Shown here: piece after piece, positions 21,635 through 30,770 of the stretch
How positions within the stretch are numbered: position 1 is the first letter of the stretch
Layout of the letters: the number at the start of each line of letters is the position of its first letter
Assembly (NCBI GenBank): GCA_963792415.1
Contig: CAWBVY010000005.1
Coordinates: forward strand, 1-64,000
DNA length: 64,000 nucleotides
Direction of reading: 5' to 3'
Origin: Candidatus Deferrimicrobiaceae bacterium
GTDB taxonomy: Bacteria; Desulfobacterota; Deferrimicrobia; Deferrimicrobiales; Deferrimicrobiaceae
Program-made: the position numbers and the translations under genes
The notes under the pieces: generated by a model
Told to the model about the DNA's origin: nothing
The model's input: the letters and a program-made list of their open reading frames with translations, nothing else
Database searches by the model: none

Positions 21635-22912
21635 TCAGTCCCACTTCCGTTTGTCGATGATCTTCTTCTCCGGCTCCTCGATCTCGGTGGAGGCGATGAA
21701 CCGGACCTCGCCCCGGAGGCGGGTGATCTCGCGGGCCATCTCTACGATGCGGGCCGCAAGCGCTTCCGACGCGGCGGCGGATTCCTTGAGGACGATCCGC
21801 ATCTCCATATGGTCGTCGTGCTCGGTCCGGGTGACGACGAACTGGGCGGAGGCGATCACGGGCACCTTTCCCGCCAGCTGGGTGACCTGCTCGGGGTGGA
21901 CGAACATCCCCTTGATCTTCGTGACCTGGTCTACGCGTCCCACCAGCTTGAGCAGCCGGGGGGAGGTGCGCCCGCAGGGGCACGGATCGTCCGAGAGGAT
22001 GGAGAGGTCCCCCGTGGCGAACCGCACGAGCGGATACGTCCGGTTGGGGAGCGTCACCACCACTTCGCCGATCGCGCCGGGCGGGACGGGATCGCCCGTG
22101 GCGGGATCGATCATCTCGAGGAGGATCTCGTCGGGGACGTGCATCCCCTTCGCCACGTGGCATTCGTAGCCGAGCGACCCGACGTCGGCCGTCCCGTAGC
22201 ACTGGCGGGCCTCCACGCCGAACTCGTCGCGGAAGCGGGTCCGCAGCGACTCGGGGAACATCTCGCCGGTCACGAGGGCGACCTGGAGCGAGAGGCCGTC
22301 GCCGGAGGTGTACCCCAGCTCCTTCGCCTTTTCGAGGATGGTCATGAGGAACGACGGCGTGCCGACGTAGCCGGTGACGTCGAGCTCCTTCATCACCTGG
22401 GCCTGGAGCTCCGTGTTCCCGACCCCGGCCGGTATGACGGTGCAGCCGATCCGCTGGAGCGCCTCGTCGAACATGAGCCCCGCCGGCGAAAAGTGGTACA
22501 TGAAGGTGTTCTGTACGATGTCGCCCTCGCGGAATCCCGCGGCGATGAACGGCTTCTCCCAGCGCCAGTGGGTCGCGTCGCGGCCTTCCGGGTCGAACGT
22601 CGGTCCCGGGGAGACGTAGATGCGGCGCATCGCCCGGGGCGGCACGGCGGCCAGCCCCCCGAACGGCGGCTCCCCCTTCTGGATGTGCTTCAGGTCCGCC
22701 TTCCGCGTCAGCGGGATCCTGCGGAGGTCGGCAAGCTCCTTCACGTCCCCGGGGCGGACGCCCGCGTCGTCCATCTTTCGCCGGGCCGCCGGCGCGTGCT
22801 CGTAGGCGTGGAGCACCGTCGCGCGCACCATCTCCCGCTGCGCCTGGGCGCGCTCCGCCGCCGGCATCGTCTCCTGCGCTTCCTCGTAATATCCCCTCTT
22901 CCGGTCGATCAT
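21635..22912 (-). CDS. Phenylacetate-CoA ligase-family AMP-forming ligase
   Basis: IPLTRKADL, VSPGP, IPAGVGNT, GTPSFL, YGTAD, RFATGDL, CPCGRT, GRVDQVTKIKGMFVHP. Confidence 0.88.
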   Translation of the reverse strand: MIDRKRGYYEEAQETMPAAERAQAQREMVRATVLHAYEHAPAARRKMDDAGVRPGDVKELADLRRIPLTRKADLKHIQKGEPPFGGLAAVPPRAMRRIYVSPGPTFDPEGRDATHWRWEKPFIAAGFREGDIVQNTFMYHFSPAGLMFDEALQRIGCTVIPAGVGNTELQAQVMKELDVTGYVGTPSFLMTILEKAKELGYTSGDGLSLQVALVTGEMFPESLRTRFRDEFGVEARQCYGTADVGSLGYECHVAKGMHVPDEILLEMIDPATGDPVPPGAIGEVVVTLPNRTYPLVRFATGDLSILSDDPCPCGRTSPRLLKLVGRVDQVTKIKGMFVHPEQVTQLAGKVPVIASAQFVVTRTEHDDHMEMRIVLKESAAASEALAARIVEMAREITRLRGEVRFIASTEIEEPEKKIIDKRKWD

Positions 22913-22921
22913 CCCGTCACC

Positions 22922-23716
22922 TCAGGAAAGCCAGCGTTTGCGGCGCTTGTAATGCTTGATGTCGCGGTACGACTTCCGGGTCCCGACCTCGTTCATGCCG
23001 AGGTAGAACTCCTTGACGTCCTCGTTGCTGGCGAGTTTTTCCGTTTCGCCGTCGAGCACCACCTTGCCGTTTTCCATGATGTAGCCGTAGCTGGAGATGG
23101 ATAGCGCCACGCGGGCGTTCTGCTCGACCAGCAGGATCGTCGTCTTCTCCTTCTCGTTGATCTCCTTGATGATGCCGAAGATTTCCCTGACCAGCAACGG
23201 TGACAATCCGAGGGACGGCTCGTCGAGCAGCATGAGCCTGGGACGCGCCATCAGCGCCCGCCCGATCGCCAGCATCTGCTGCTCCCCGCCGGACAGGTAG
23301 CCGGCCAGCCCCTTGCGGCGCTCCTTCAGCCGCGGGAAATAGGTGTAGACCCGCTCGTAGTCCCCCTTGACGTTCTTCTGGTCCTTCCGGGTGTGGGCGC
23401 CGCACCGCAGGTTCTCCTCGGTCGTCAGGTCCTCGAAGACCTTGCGCCCCTCCATCACCTGGAAGACCCCCATCCGGACGATCTCCTCGGGGTCCTTCCC
23501 GTTGATCTTTTCGCCGCCGAAGAGGATCTCCCCGTCGGTGACCTCACCCTCCTCGGACTTGAGGAGGCCCGAGATCGCCTTGAGGGTGGTGCTCTTCCCC
23601 GCCCCGTTGGCGCCGAGCAGCGCGACGATCTGCCCCTCGGGGACGACCAGGGAGAGGCCCTTGAGGACGAGGATGACGTCCGAGTAGATCACCTCGATGT
23701 TGTTCACCTTGAGCAT
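22922..23716 (-). CDS. livF: Branched-chain-type ABC transporter ATPase (LivF-like)
   Basis: GANGAGKST, LSGGEQQML, LDEPSLGL, VEQN. Confidence 0.9.
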   Translation of the reverse strand: MLKVNNIEVIYSDVILVLKGLSLVVPEGQIVALLGANGAGKSTTLKAISGLLKSEEGEVTDGEILFGGEKINGKDPEEIVRMGVFQVMEGRKVFEDLTTEENLRCGAHTRKDQKNVKGDYERVYTYFPRLKERRKGLAGYLSGGEQQMLAIGRALMARPRLMLLDEPSLGLSPLLVREIFGIIKEINEKEKTTILLVEQNARVALSISSYGYIMENGKVVLDGETEKLASNEDVKEFYLGMNEVGTRKSYRDIKHYKRRKRWLS

Positions 23717-23747
23717 TGGTACCCGCCCGCCTTGTATTGGATAGAAC

Positions 23748-23775
23748 CGGACGGGGGGCGAACGCCCCCCGTCCG
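23748..23775 (-). terminator. Strong hairpin after the substrate-binding gene (terminator or stability element)
   Basis: CGGACGGGGGGC-GTTC-GCCCCCCGTCCG, 12-bp perfect stem with weak T-tail, between livK and livF. Confidence 0.65.
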
Positions 23776-23791
23776 CGAACGCGTTACGTCC

Positions 23792-24964
23792 CTACAGTCC
23801 GAGCCACTCCGCCTTGCGCGGAAGTTCCATCGACTTCATCAGGACCAGCTTCCCCTTCTGGAACTCCATGATGTTGACCGAGGTGAAGGGCCGGTGGTCG
23901 GTGGAGGTGAAGGTGATCTTGGCCGGGGTCAACCCGCCGGTGTCGAAATCCTTGAAGGTCTCGAGAGCGTTCTTCACGGACTCGCCGGTGATCGGGCCCT
24001 TCTTGTCGGCGCGCTTCAGCGCCTCGACGAGGACCATCATCGACACCCACCCGCGGATGTAGTGCGTCACCTGCGGCGTCTTCTCGACCGACATGAGAAG
24101 CGCCATCCCCGGGACCTTGTCCCCGTACAGGGCGGACCCGGCCATCACGAGCGCGCCTTCCTCCGCGCCGCCGGCGAGCTTCGGGGTCGACTCGTCGATC
24201 CCCCAGATGTTGCTGAAGAACTTCGTCGTCAGGCCGAGCTTCTTCGCGTCCTTCAGGATGACCGCGGTCGAGTTCGACGTCCCGCCGATCCAAGCGAAGT
24301 CGGCGCCCTTGTTCTTCACGGAGAGGAGCTGGGAATTCGCCTCGATCGCCTTCAGGCTCACGTCCTCGTCGCCGAGGACCTCGAACCCGAGTTCCTTCGC
24401 GTACTCCTTCCCGCCCTTGATCGGCGCGATGCCGTAGGGATGGTTCGGGTAGATGAAGACGATCTTGGGGGCCCGCTTCTCCTTCCAGCCGTCTTTCAGG
24501 TACACGAGGCCCGCCCGCAGCGCCGTTGTGTAGTCGGCGGCGCAGAAGAAGTTGTACGGGGCCTTCTTCGGATCGCTGATGTGGGCCGAATACGACGCGG
24601 AGATGTACGGGATCTTGTCGGCGGCGACGAACCCCGCCAGCGCCTCGGTGTCTCCCGTGCCCCACCCTTCGATCGCCACGACCTTGTCTTCCTTGTACTT
24701 CTTGTACTGGTTGACCGCCTTGTTCTTGTCGTACGCGTAGTCGAACATCTGCATGTCGATCTTCTTGCCGTTGACGCCGCCGTGCGCGTTTACGTAGTTC
24801 TTGTACGCCTGCACGCCCTCGGCGTACGGCTTGCCGACGTCCCCGGTGGGCCCGGTCAGATCGGCCAGATGCCCCACCCGGATCACGTCCGCGGAAAACG
24901 CGACTCCCGACAGAGCCATCGCCAGCCCCGCGACCATCGCCGCGATCTTCATCGTCTTCTTCAT
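23792..24964 (-). CDS. ABC transporter periplasmic substrate-binding protein (LivK/LivJ fold)
   Basis: Signal peptide; IRVGHLADLTGP, NAHGGVNGKKI, GWGTGDT. Confidence 0.9.
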   Translation of the reverse strand: MKKTMKIAAMVAGLAMALSGVAFSADVIRVGHLADLTGPTGDVGKPYAEGVQAYKNYVNAHGGVNGKKIDMQMFDYAYDKNKAVNQYKKYKEDKVVAIEGWGTGDTEALAGFVAADKIPYISASYSAHISDPKKAPYNFFCAADYTTALRAGLVYLKDGWKEKRAPKIVFIYPNHPYGIAPIKGGKEYAKELGFEVLGDEDVSLKAIEANSQLLSVKNKGADFAWIGGTSNSTAVILKDAKKLGLTTKFFSNIWGIDESTPKLAGGAEEGALVMAGSALYGDKVPGMALLMSVEKTPQVTHYIRGWVSMMVLVEALKRADKKGPITGESVKNALETFKDFDTGGLTPAKITFTSTDHRPFTSVNIMEFQKGKLVLMKSMELPRKAEWLGL

Positions 24965-25073
24965 CTTTCCATTTCCTCCCTGATCTCGTGGTTGATTGCC
25001 GTGTTGCCAACCGCCTTCGGGACGCCGAGCGGCGGCCCCTGCTCCAAGCCACGCCCTCCTTTCTGTTCAGTGT

Positions 25074-26120
25074 TCAGTAGGAAAACGGGTACAGCTTCCA
25101 GTACGCCTTGATCATCTTCCACCGGTGCGCGAGCCCGTCGGGCTCGAAAATCAGAAAGAAGATGATGATGAGGCCGAACACCCCCTGCTCCATCGCGATC
25201 GCGAGGCCCGCGGCCCCCGGGATCAGCATCGTCAGCTTCGTGGTCAGGACGGTGAGGACCTTGGGGAGCAGGATCATGAAGATCGCGCCGTAGATCGCCC
25301 CCAGGATGCTCCCCAGCCCGCCGATGATGATCATCGCGAGGTAGGTGACGGATAACTCGATGTTGAACTGCTCCGAGGTGACGAATTTCAGGGAGTGCCC
25401 GAGCAGCGCCCCGGCGACCCCCGCGTAGAAGGAAGAGATGCCGAAGGAGAGGATCCGGTACCGGAAGAGGTTGATCCCCATGATCTCCGCCGAGATGTAG
25501 TGGTCGCGGATCGCCATGAACGCACGGCCTGTGCGGGTCCGCACGATATTGACGGCGAACAGCACCATCACAACCGTGATCGTCAGGACCAGGTAGTAGA
25601 AGGAGCGGTCGGAATCGAAGATGTACCCCCCGATCGAAGGCCGCGGGACGACGATCCCGAACGATCCGCCCGTCACCGATTCCCAGCGCAGGAAGACCCA
25701 TTCGAGGATGAACTGGGACGCCAGCGTCGCGATGGCGAGGTACAGCCCTTTCAGGCGGAGTGAGGGGATGCCGAAGACCATCCCCGACGCTGCGGTGACC
25801 AGCCCCGCCGCCGGGACGCCGACCCAAAAGGAGAGCCCCAGTTTGGTGGTCATATAGGCCGTCGTGTACGCCCCGACGCCGAAGAAGGCCCCCTGTCCGA
25901 GGGAGATCTGCCCCGTGTAGCCGGTCAGGATGTTGAGCCCCACGGCCCCGATGACCGCGATGAGGATCTGGAGACCGACCCAAAGGTACTCCCCCTTCAC
26001 CAGGAACGGGAAGACCAGCAGGAAGGCGAGGCACGCCGCGACGCCGACCCGGACGGTCGGCGTCTGGAGGATTTCGATGTCCTTCTCGTAGGTGGTACGG
26101 AAATCTCCGCAGAAATGCAT
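25074..26120 (-). CDS. livM: ABC transporter permease (LivM-like)
   Basis: GLNILTGYTGQISLGQGAFFGVGAY, LKGLYLAIATLA, IIIGGLGSILG. Confidence 0.92.
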   Translation of the reverse strand: MHFCGDFRTTYEKDIEILQTPTVRVGVAACLAFLLVFPFLVKGEYLWVGLQILIAVIGAVGLNILTGYTGQISLGQGAFFGVGAYTTAYMTTKLGLSFWVGVPAAGLVTAASGMVFGIPSLRLKGLYLAIATLASQFILEWVFLRWESVTGGSFGIVVPRPSIGGYIFDSDRSFYYLVLTITVVMVLFAVNIVRTRTGRAFMAIRDHYISAEIMGINLFRYRILSFGISSFYAGVAGALLGHSLKFVTSEQFNIELSVTYLAMIIIGGLGSILGAIYGAIFMILLPKVLTVLTTKLTMLIPGAAGLAIAMEQGVFGLIIIFFLIFEPDGLAHRWKMIKAYWKLYPFSY

Positions 26121-26155
26121 CTAAAGTTCTCCCTTACATACAATTCCTTAACTAT

Positions 26156-27052
26156 CTATACCCGCTCGATTTCCTTAGTTCCGAAGAGACCGTACGGCTT
26201 GATCATCAGGATGACGACCAGGATGATGTACGGGGCGACCTCCTTCACGCCGGAAAGGTCGAAGTACGACTTGAAGAACCCGTCGGAAAGGTTCTCGAGG
26301 ATCCCGATGATGAACCCGCCCAGCGCCGCCCCCAGGATCGAGTCGAGTCCTCCCAGGATCGTCGCCGGGAAGACCTTGAGGCCGAAGTGGTACAGGGAAG
26401 TGTTGATGCCGTTGATATTGCCGATCAGCACCCCGCCGATCCCGGAGATGACGGCCGAGATCACCCACGACAGCCCGAAGATGAACTTGACGGAGATCCC
26501 CATCGACTGGGCGGCCTGCTGGTTGAAGGCAGCGGCGCGCATCGCCACGCCGGACTTGGAGAACTTGAAGAAGGCGGAAAAGAGGGCGAGGAGGAGGATC
26601 GACAGTACGAAACACCAGACGAACTCGAGCGACACAGGAACCCCGCCGATATTGATCGTCTCCTGTGGGAAAAGCTTCGGCTCGTAAATGAGTATGTCGG
26701 TTCCCCAGACGGCGGCGACGATGGACCGCAGGACCAGGGAGAGCCCGATCGTGACCATGATGATGGAGATGATCGGTTCCCCGATCATCGGGCGCAGGAT
26801 CAGGTGCTCGATCAGAAGCGCGAGCACCACCCCGAAGCCGATCGTGAGACAGAGGGCCGCCCAGAAGGGGATGTGCATCTGGACGAGGAAGGCGTAGCAG
26901 ACGTACGCGCCCACCATGAGGAGCTCCCCCTGCGCGAAGTTCACGACCCGGGTGGCCTTGTAGATGATGACGAACCCGAGCGCGACCGCGGAGTAGATGC
27001 TCCCGATGACCAGGCCGCTGATCAAGAGCTGCAGAAAGTAGTGCGTCGTCAT
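26156..27052 (-). CDS. livH: ABC transporter permease (LivH-like)
   Basis: GLVIGSIYSAVALGFVIIY, VNFAQGE, GVAMRAAA, ILGGLDS, KPYGLFG. Confidence 0.92.
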   Translation of the reverse strand: MTTHYFLQLLISGLVIGSIYSAVALGFVIIYKATRVVNFAQGELLMVGAYVCYAFLVQMHIPFWAALCLTIGFGVVLALLIEHLILRPMIGEPIISIIMVTIGLSLVLRSIVAAVWGTDILIYEPKLFPQETINIGGVPVSLEFVWCFVLSILLLALFSAFFKFSKSGVAMRAAAFNQQAAQSMGISVKFIFGLSWVISAVISGIGGVLIGNINGINTSLYHFGLKVFPATILGGLDSILGAALGGFIIGILENLSDGFFKSYFDLSGVKEVAPYIILVVILMIKPYGLFGTKEIERV

Positions 27053-27085
27053 GCCTCTCTCCCTGTTCCTTCGCTGCCTCTATAA

Positions 27086-27222
27086 GTTGCTTCCGGGCTC
27101 GCGGGGGGCTTCCACTCCGCTACGCTCGCGATCTTCGCCCGCTCACTGCGATTCCGTTCGACGCAAGCCCTGCCTCTCTCCATAAGCCGCTGCGTGGAAC
27201 CCCCCGCTGCGCCCTTCGCAAC
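27086..27222. repeat. 137-bp intergenic fold-back element
   Basis: Left arm GTTGCTTCCGGGCTCGCGGGGGGCTTCCAC versus reverse complement of right arm GTTGCGAAGGGCGCAGCGGGGGGTTCCAC. Confidence 0.65.
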
Positions 27223-27228
27223 AGATCA

Positions 27229-29136
27229 TCAGAGGTTCCGAATTGTGAGCAGCGTCTTGATCCGCGACGTCTTGCCGTCCTGGTACTTGATCGTCGCGTC
27301 GATCGGGATGGCGCTTTCGCCGGCGTACATCCCCTCGATCACGTGCTTGTACCGTTCACCGACGAATGCCCTGCGGACCTTGCGCGTGCGGGTCAGCTCG
27401 TCGTCGTCCGCGTCGAGCTCCTTGTAGAGCGGGACGAACTTCGCCACACGCGTCGTCGCCGGGAGGGTCGCGTTCACCTTTTCGACCTCCTTCGCGAGGA
27501 GTTCGAGCACCTCGGGCTTCGCCGCGAGGTCGGTGTAGGTGGTGTAGGAAAGGCGGCGGCTCTCGGCCCATTTCCCCACGTTCGGATAGTCGATGCAGAG
27601 CATCGACGCGATGAAGTCGCGATCGTTTCCGAGGCAGACGCACTCCTTGATGTAGGGGGAGAACTTCAGCTTGTTCTCGATGAACTGCGGAGAGAAGCGG
27701 GTCCCGTCGTTCAGGTGCATCACGTCCTTCACGCGGTCGATCACGATCAATTGGCCGTCATCGGTGAAGTAGCCCGCGTCGCCCGAGTGGAGCCAGCCGT
27801 CGCTCAGTGTCTTTTCCGTCTCCTCTTCGTTCTTGTAGTATCCGAGGAAGACGGACGGGGAGCGCGAGAGGATCTCGCCCGAGTCTGAAAGCCGGATCTC
27901 GGTCTCGGGGATCGGCTTGCCGACCGAGTCGAAGTTGATGTCGCCCTCCCGGTGGATGCACGAGATCCCGGAGATCTCCGTCTGGCCGTAGATCTGCTTC
28001 AGGTTCACCCCCATCGCGTTGAAGAACTTGAAGACGTCGGGCCCCAGCGCCGCGCCCCCGGTGGAAGCGGAGCGGATCCGAAGCAGGCCGAGCCGGTCCT
28101 TGAGCGCCCGGAAGACGAGGGCGTAGGCCAGCCGGTGCCGCAGGCGAAGCGCGGGGGGAATCGGCACCTTCCGGAAGATCGCGTCGGCGTAGGCGTACCC
28201 CACCGGCAGGGCCCAGTTGTACATCCGGCGCTTGAGCGCCGAGGCGTCCATCACCTTCACCTGGACCGTGGAGGTCATGTTCTCCCAGATCCTCGGCGGG
28301 GAGAACATGATCGTGGGGCCGATCTCGCGGATGTTCTCCTGGACCGTCTCGGGCTTCTCCGGAAAGTTCACGGTGAAGCCGGTAAGCAGGGCGCTGGAGA
28401 GGCACATCATCTGCTCGCCGATCCAGGCGAGGGGAAGGAAGGAGACGAACTCGTCCTTTTCGTACTTGCCGTCCACCTCCATCAGGTTCGCCGCCATGCT
28501 GAGCAGGTTGCGGAACGACAGCATCGCCCCCTTCGGGAACCCGGTCGTCCCGGAGGTGTAGCAGATGAGCGCGAGATCCTCGTATTTCGTCGAAGCGATG
28601 TTTTTCGCGAAAAGCCCGGGATCGCTCTGCTCCAGCTCCCGCCCGAAGTTCTCGACCTCCTTGAAATCGAGCAGGAAAGGCTCCTTGTATCCCCGCATCC
28701 CGCGCGGATCGCTGTAGATGATGTAGCGGACCTTCGGGAGCTCCTCTTTCATGTCGAGGATCTTGTCGACCTGCTCCTGGTCCTCGGCGACGACGATCGA
28801 GGCGTCGGAGTGGTCGATGACGTACGCCACCTCCTTGAGCGTGGAGTCCTGGTACAGACCCAGCGGCACCGCGCGCGCCGCCTGCGCCGCCACCTCGGCC
28901 CACACCCACTCGGGCCGGTTGTCGCCGATGATCGCCACCTTGTCCCCCGGTCGGAGTCCGAGGGAGACCATGCCGAGGGAGAAGTACTTGACGTGGTCGT
29001 GGTACTCCTTCCAGCTGAAATCCTGCCAGATGCCGAACTCCTTCTCACGCATCGCGATCTTCCGGTCGCCGAACACCTCCGCATTGCGGACGAGGAGCTT
29101 GGGGAACGTGTCGTGGGTCTTGAGGATCTCCTTCAT
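27229..29136 (-). CDS. Long-chain acyl-CoA synthetase (AMP-binding)
   Basis: YTSGTTGFPKG, FLPLAWIGEQ, YGQTE, WLHSGDAG, IDRVKD, ELTRTRKVRR. Confidence 0.93.
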   Translation of the reverse strand: MKEILKTHDTFPKLLVRNAEVFGDRKIAMREKEFGIWQDFSWKEYHDHVKYFSLGMVSLGLRPGDKVAIIGDNRPEWVWAEVAAQAARAVPLGLYQDSTLKEVAYVIDHSDASIVVAEDQEQVDKILDMKEELPKVRYIIYSDPRGMRGYKEPFLLDFKEVENFGRELEQSDPGLFAKNIASTKYEDLALICYTSGTTGFPKGAMLSFRNLLSMAANLMEVDGKYEKDEFVSFLPLAWIGEQMMCLSSALLTGFTVNFPEKPETVQENIREIGPTIMFSPPRIWENMTSTVQVKVMDASALKRRMYNWALPVGYAYADAIFRKVPIPPALRLRHRLAYALVFRALKDRLGLLRIRSASTGGAALGPDVFKFFNAMGVNLKQIYGQTEISGISCIHREGDINFDSVGKPIPETEIRLSDSGEILSRSPSVFLGYYKNEEETEKTLSDGWLHSGDAGYFTDDGQLIVIDRVKDVMHLNDGTRFSPQFIENKLKFSPYIKECVCLGNDRDFIASMLCIDYPNVGKWAESRRLSYTTYTDLAAKPEVLELLAKEVEKVNATLPATTRVAKFVPLYKELDADDDELTRTRKVRRAFVGERYKHVIEGMYAGESAIPIDATIKYQDGKTSRIKTLLTIRNL

Positions 29137-29140
29137 CCGG

Positions 29141-29932
29141 TCAGCGCGCCTCCATGTCCCGCAGGAAATCGTCTTCCTCCCCGATGTACGCCTTGATGAC
29201 GTGCGGGTCGTTGGCGACCTCCGCCGGCGTCCCCTCCGAGATCTTCACCCCGAAATCGAGGACGCTCACCCGGTGGCTGATGTCCATCACCACGCCGAGG
29301 TCGTGCTCGATCAGCAGGATCGTGACGCCCCACTCCTCGTTGATGTCGATGATGAAGCGGGCCATGTCCTCCTTCTCCTCGAGGTTCATCCCGGCCATCG
29401 GCTCGTCGAGCAGCAGGAGCTTCGGCTTGAGCGCCAGCGCCCGGCCCAGTTCGACCCGCTTGCGGAGGCCGTAGGCCAGCGTCCCCACCGGCTTCTTCCG
29501 GATGTTCTCGATCTCGAGGAAGTCGATGATGTCCTCGACCGCCTTCCGGTTCTCGATCTCCTCGGTCCGGGCCGGACCGAGGAAGATGCCGCCCGCCAGG
29601 ATCCCGCGCTTCATGAACTGGTGCCGTCCCAGCATCAGGTTGTTGAGGACGGTCATGTGGTGGAAGAGGGCGATGTTCTGGAAGGTGCGGGCGATCCCCA
29701 GGTGGGTCACCTGGTCCGGCTTCATCCCGGTGACCTTCCGGTCCTCGAAGTAGACCGCGCCGCGCTGCGGCTTGTAGACGCTCGAGATGCAGTTGAAGAT
29801 CGAGGTCTTCCCGGCGCCGTTGGGTCCGATGATCGCGTGGATGCTCCCCTTCTCCACGTTGATCGAGACCCCGTTGATCGCCTTCACCCCACCGAAGGAG
29901 AGGTTGATGTCATCGATCCGAAGCAGCGGCAT
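29141..29932 (-). CDS. livG: Branched-chain-type ABC transporter ATPase (LivG-like)
   Basis: SFGGVKA, GPNGAGKT, ARTFQN, LLDEPMAG, IEHD; GGAG RBS before ATG 29932. Confidence 0.92.
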   Translation of the reverse strand: MPLLRIDDINLSFGGVKAINGVSINVEKGSIHAIIGPNGAGKTSIFNCISSVYKPQRGAVYFEDRKVTGMKPDQVTHLGIARTFQNIALFHHMTVLNNLMLGRHQFMKRGILAGGIFLGPARTEEIENRKAVEDIIDFLEIENIRKKPVGTLAYGLRKRVELGRALALKPKLLLLDEPMAGMNLEEKEDMARFIIDINEEWGVTILLIEHDLGVVMDISHRVSVLDFGVKISEGTPAEVANDPHVIKAYIGEEDDFLRDMEAR

Positions 29933-29965
29933 GAAGGCTCCATGAGTGGAATCCAAATAATATAC

Positions 29966-30003
29966 GGCAAGCGCCGCGCCAAAAGCAAACCGATGTTTTG
30001 ATA
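29966..30003 (-). promoter_or_regulatory. Sigma54 promoter with a candidate IHF site
   Basis: TTGGCGCGGCGCTTGCC (GG-N10-GC) at 29966-29982; TATCAAAACATCG at 29991-30003, one mismatch to WATCAA-N4-TTR. Confidence 0.65.
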
Positions 30004-30193
30004 AATCTATACGAAAGAATATACTGGGTTTTCAGTCGGTTAGGAGGTCTGCGCCGCGTTCCCGACGCCACTGGAGAACGTCCAGGAGGTGCAGCGGGAC
30101 CGGGGAGCCGGTCACGACGGCAAGGGCGAAGTTCCCCTCGCACAGCGCCTCCCGGCATTGTCCACGCACGATCGGATATTGTACTATCAACCC

Positions 30194-30748
30194 ATGAAAC
30201 GACGAAAATCGGGATTGAAAGCGATGCGCGCGGCCCTCCTGCCGGCCGTGGCGACTCTCGTCCTCACCCTCGCGTCCGTCAACCCCTCGCTCGCCGACAT
30301 CTACCGGTGGGAGGATGAAAGCGGCGGGGTCCACTTCACCGACGACCTCTCGACCATCCCCGCGAAACAGAGGGGGAAGGCCCGCGAGATCCAGAAAACC
30401 CCGCCCGCGGCCGGGCAGCCGTCCCTTTCCACGATGGGCGCTCCCCCCTCGCCACCGGGCCCGTCTTTTTCCCCGAGGCCGTCGAACGTGGATACGCCGG
30501 ATCTGCCGGCGATCCCGGAGGACGACGACGCCATGCAGGCCGAAAAGCTCCGCGCGAAGATCGACGCGAAAGAGAAGCTCATTCGCGCCGTTGACGAGAA
30601 GCAGTCCCTCGCGACCAACCCGTACCGGAACCGCTTCGTCTCCCCCTCGGACCTCGAACTCTACAAGAAGTACAAGGAGGAGCTCCCCGCCGACCGGGAG
30701 CGCCTCAAGGCGCTCGAGTCCCGCCTTTCCCCCGCCAGGGAGCAGTAA
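30194..30748 (+). CDS. DUF4124-domain exported protein
   Basis: Signal peptide then ADIYRWEDESGGVHFTD, Pro-rich linker, coiled coil; alternative ATG 30224. Confidence 0.85.
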   Translation: MKRRKSGLKAMRAALLPAVATLVLTLASVNPSLADIYRWEDESGGVHFTDDLSTIPAKQRGKAREIQKTPPAAGQPSLSTMGAPPSPPGPSFSPRPSNVDTPDLPAIPEDDDAMQAEKLRAKIDAKEKLIRAVDEKQSLATNPYRNRFVSPSDLELYKKYKEELPADRERLKALESRLSPAREQ

Positions 30749-30770
30749 CAGGAAATCAGACTTCGGGCTG

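Noticed and set aside
19094-23104. 1336-aa plus-strand ORF
   Set aside because: Antisense shadow of several clear minus-strand genes; long stop-free reverse frames are expected at high GC3; no recognisable motifs.
24990-25070. GC-rich spacer between livM and the binding-protein gene as another repeat copy
   Set aside because: Only a weak hairpin and no alignable identity with the other elements.
30078-30125. Partial resemblance to the 5' part of a SAM-I riboswitch (CCAGGAGGTG..GGGACCGG)
   Set aside because: No ATC/GAT P1 or GCAACC elements, and no sulfur or methionine gene downstream.
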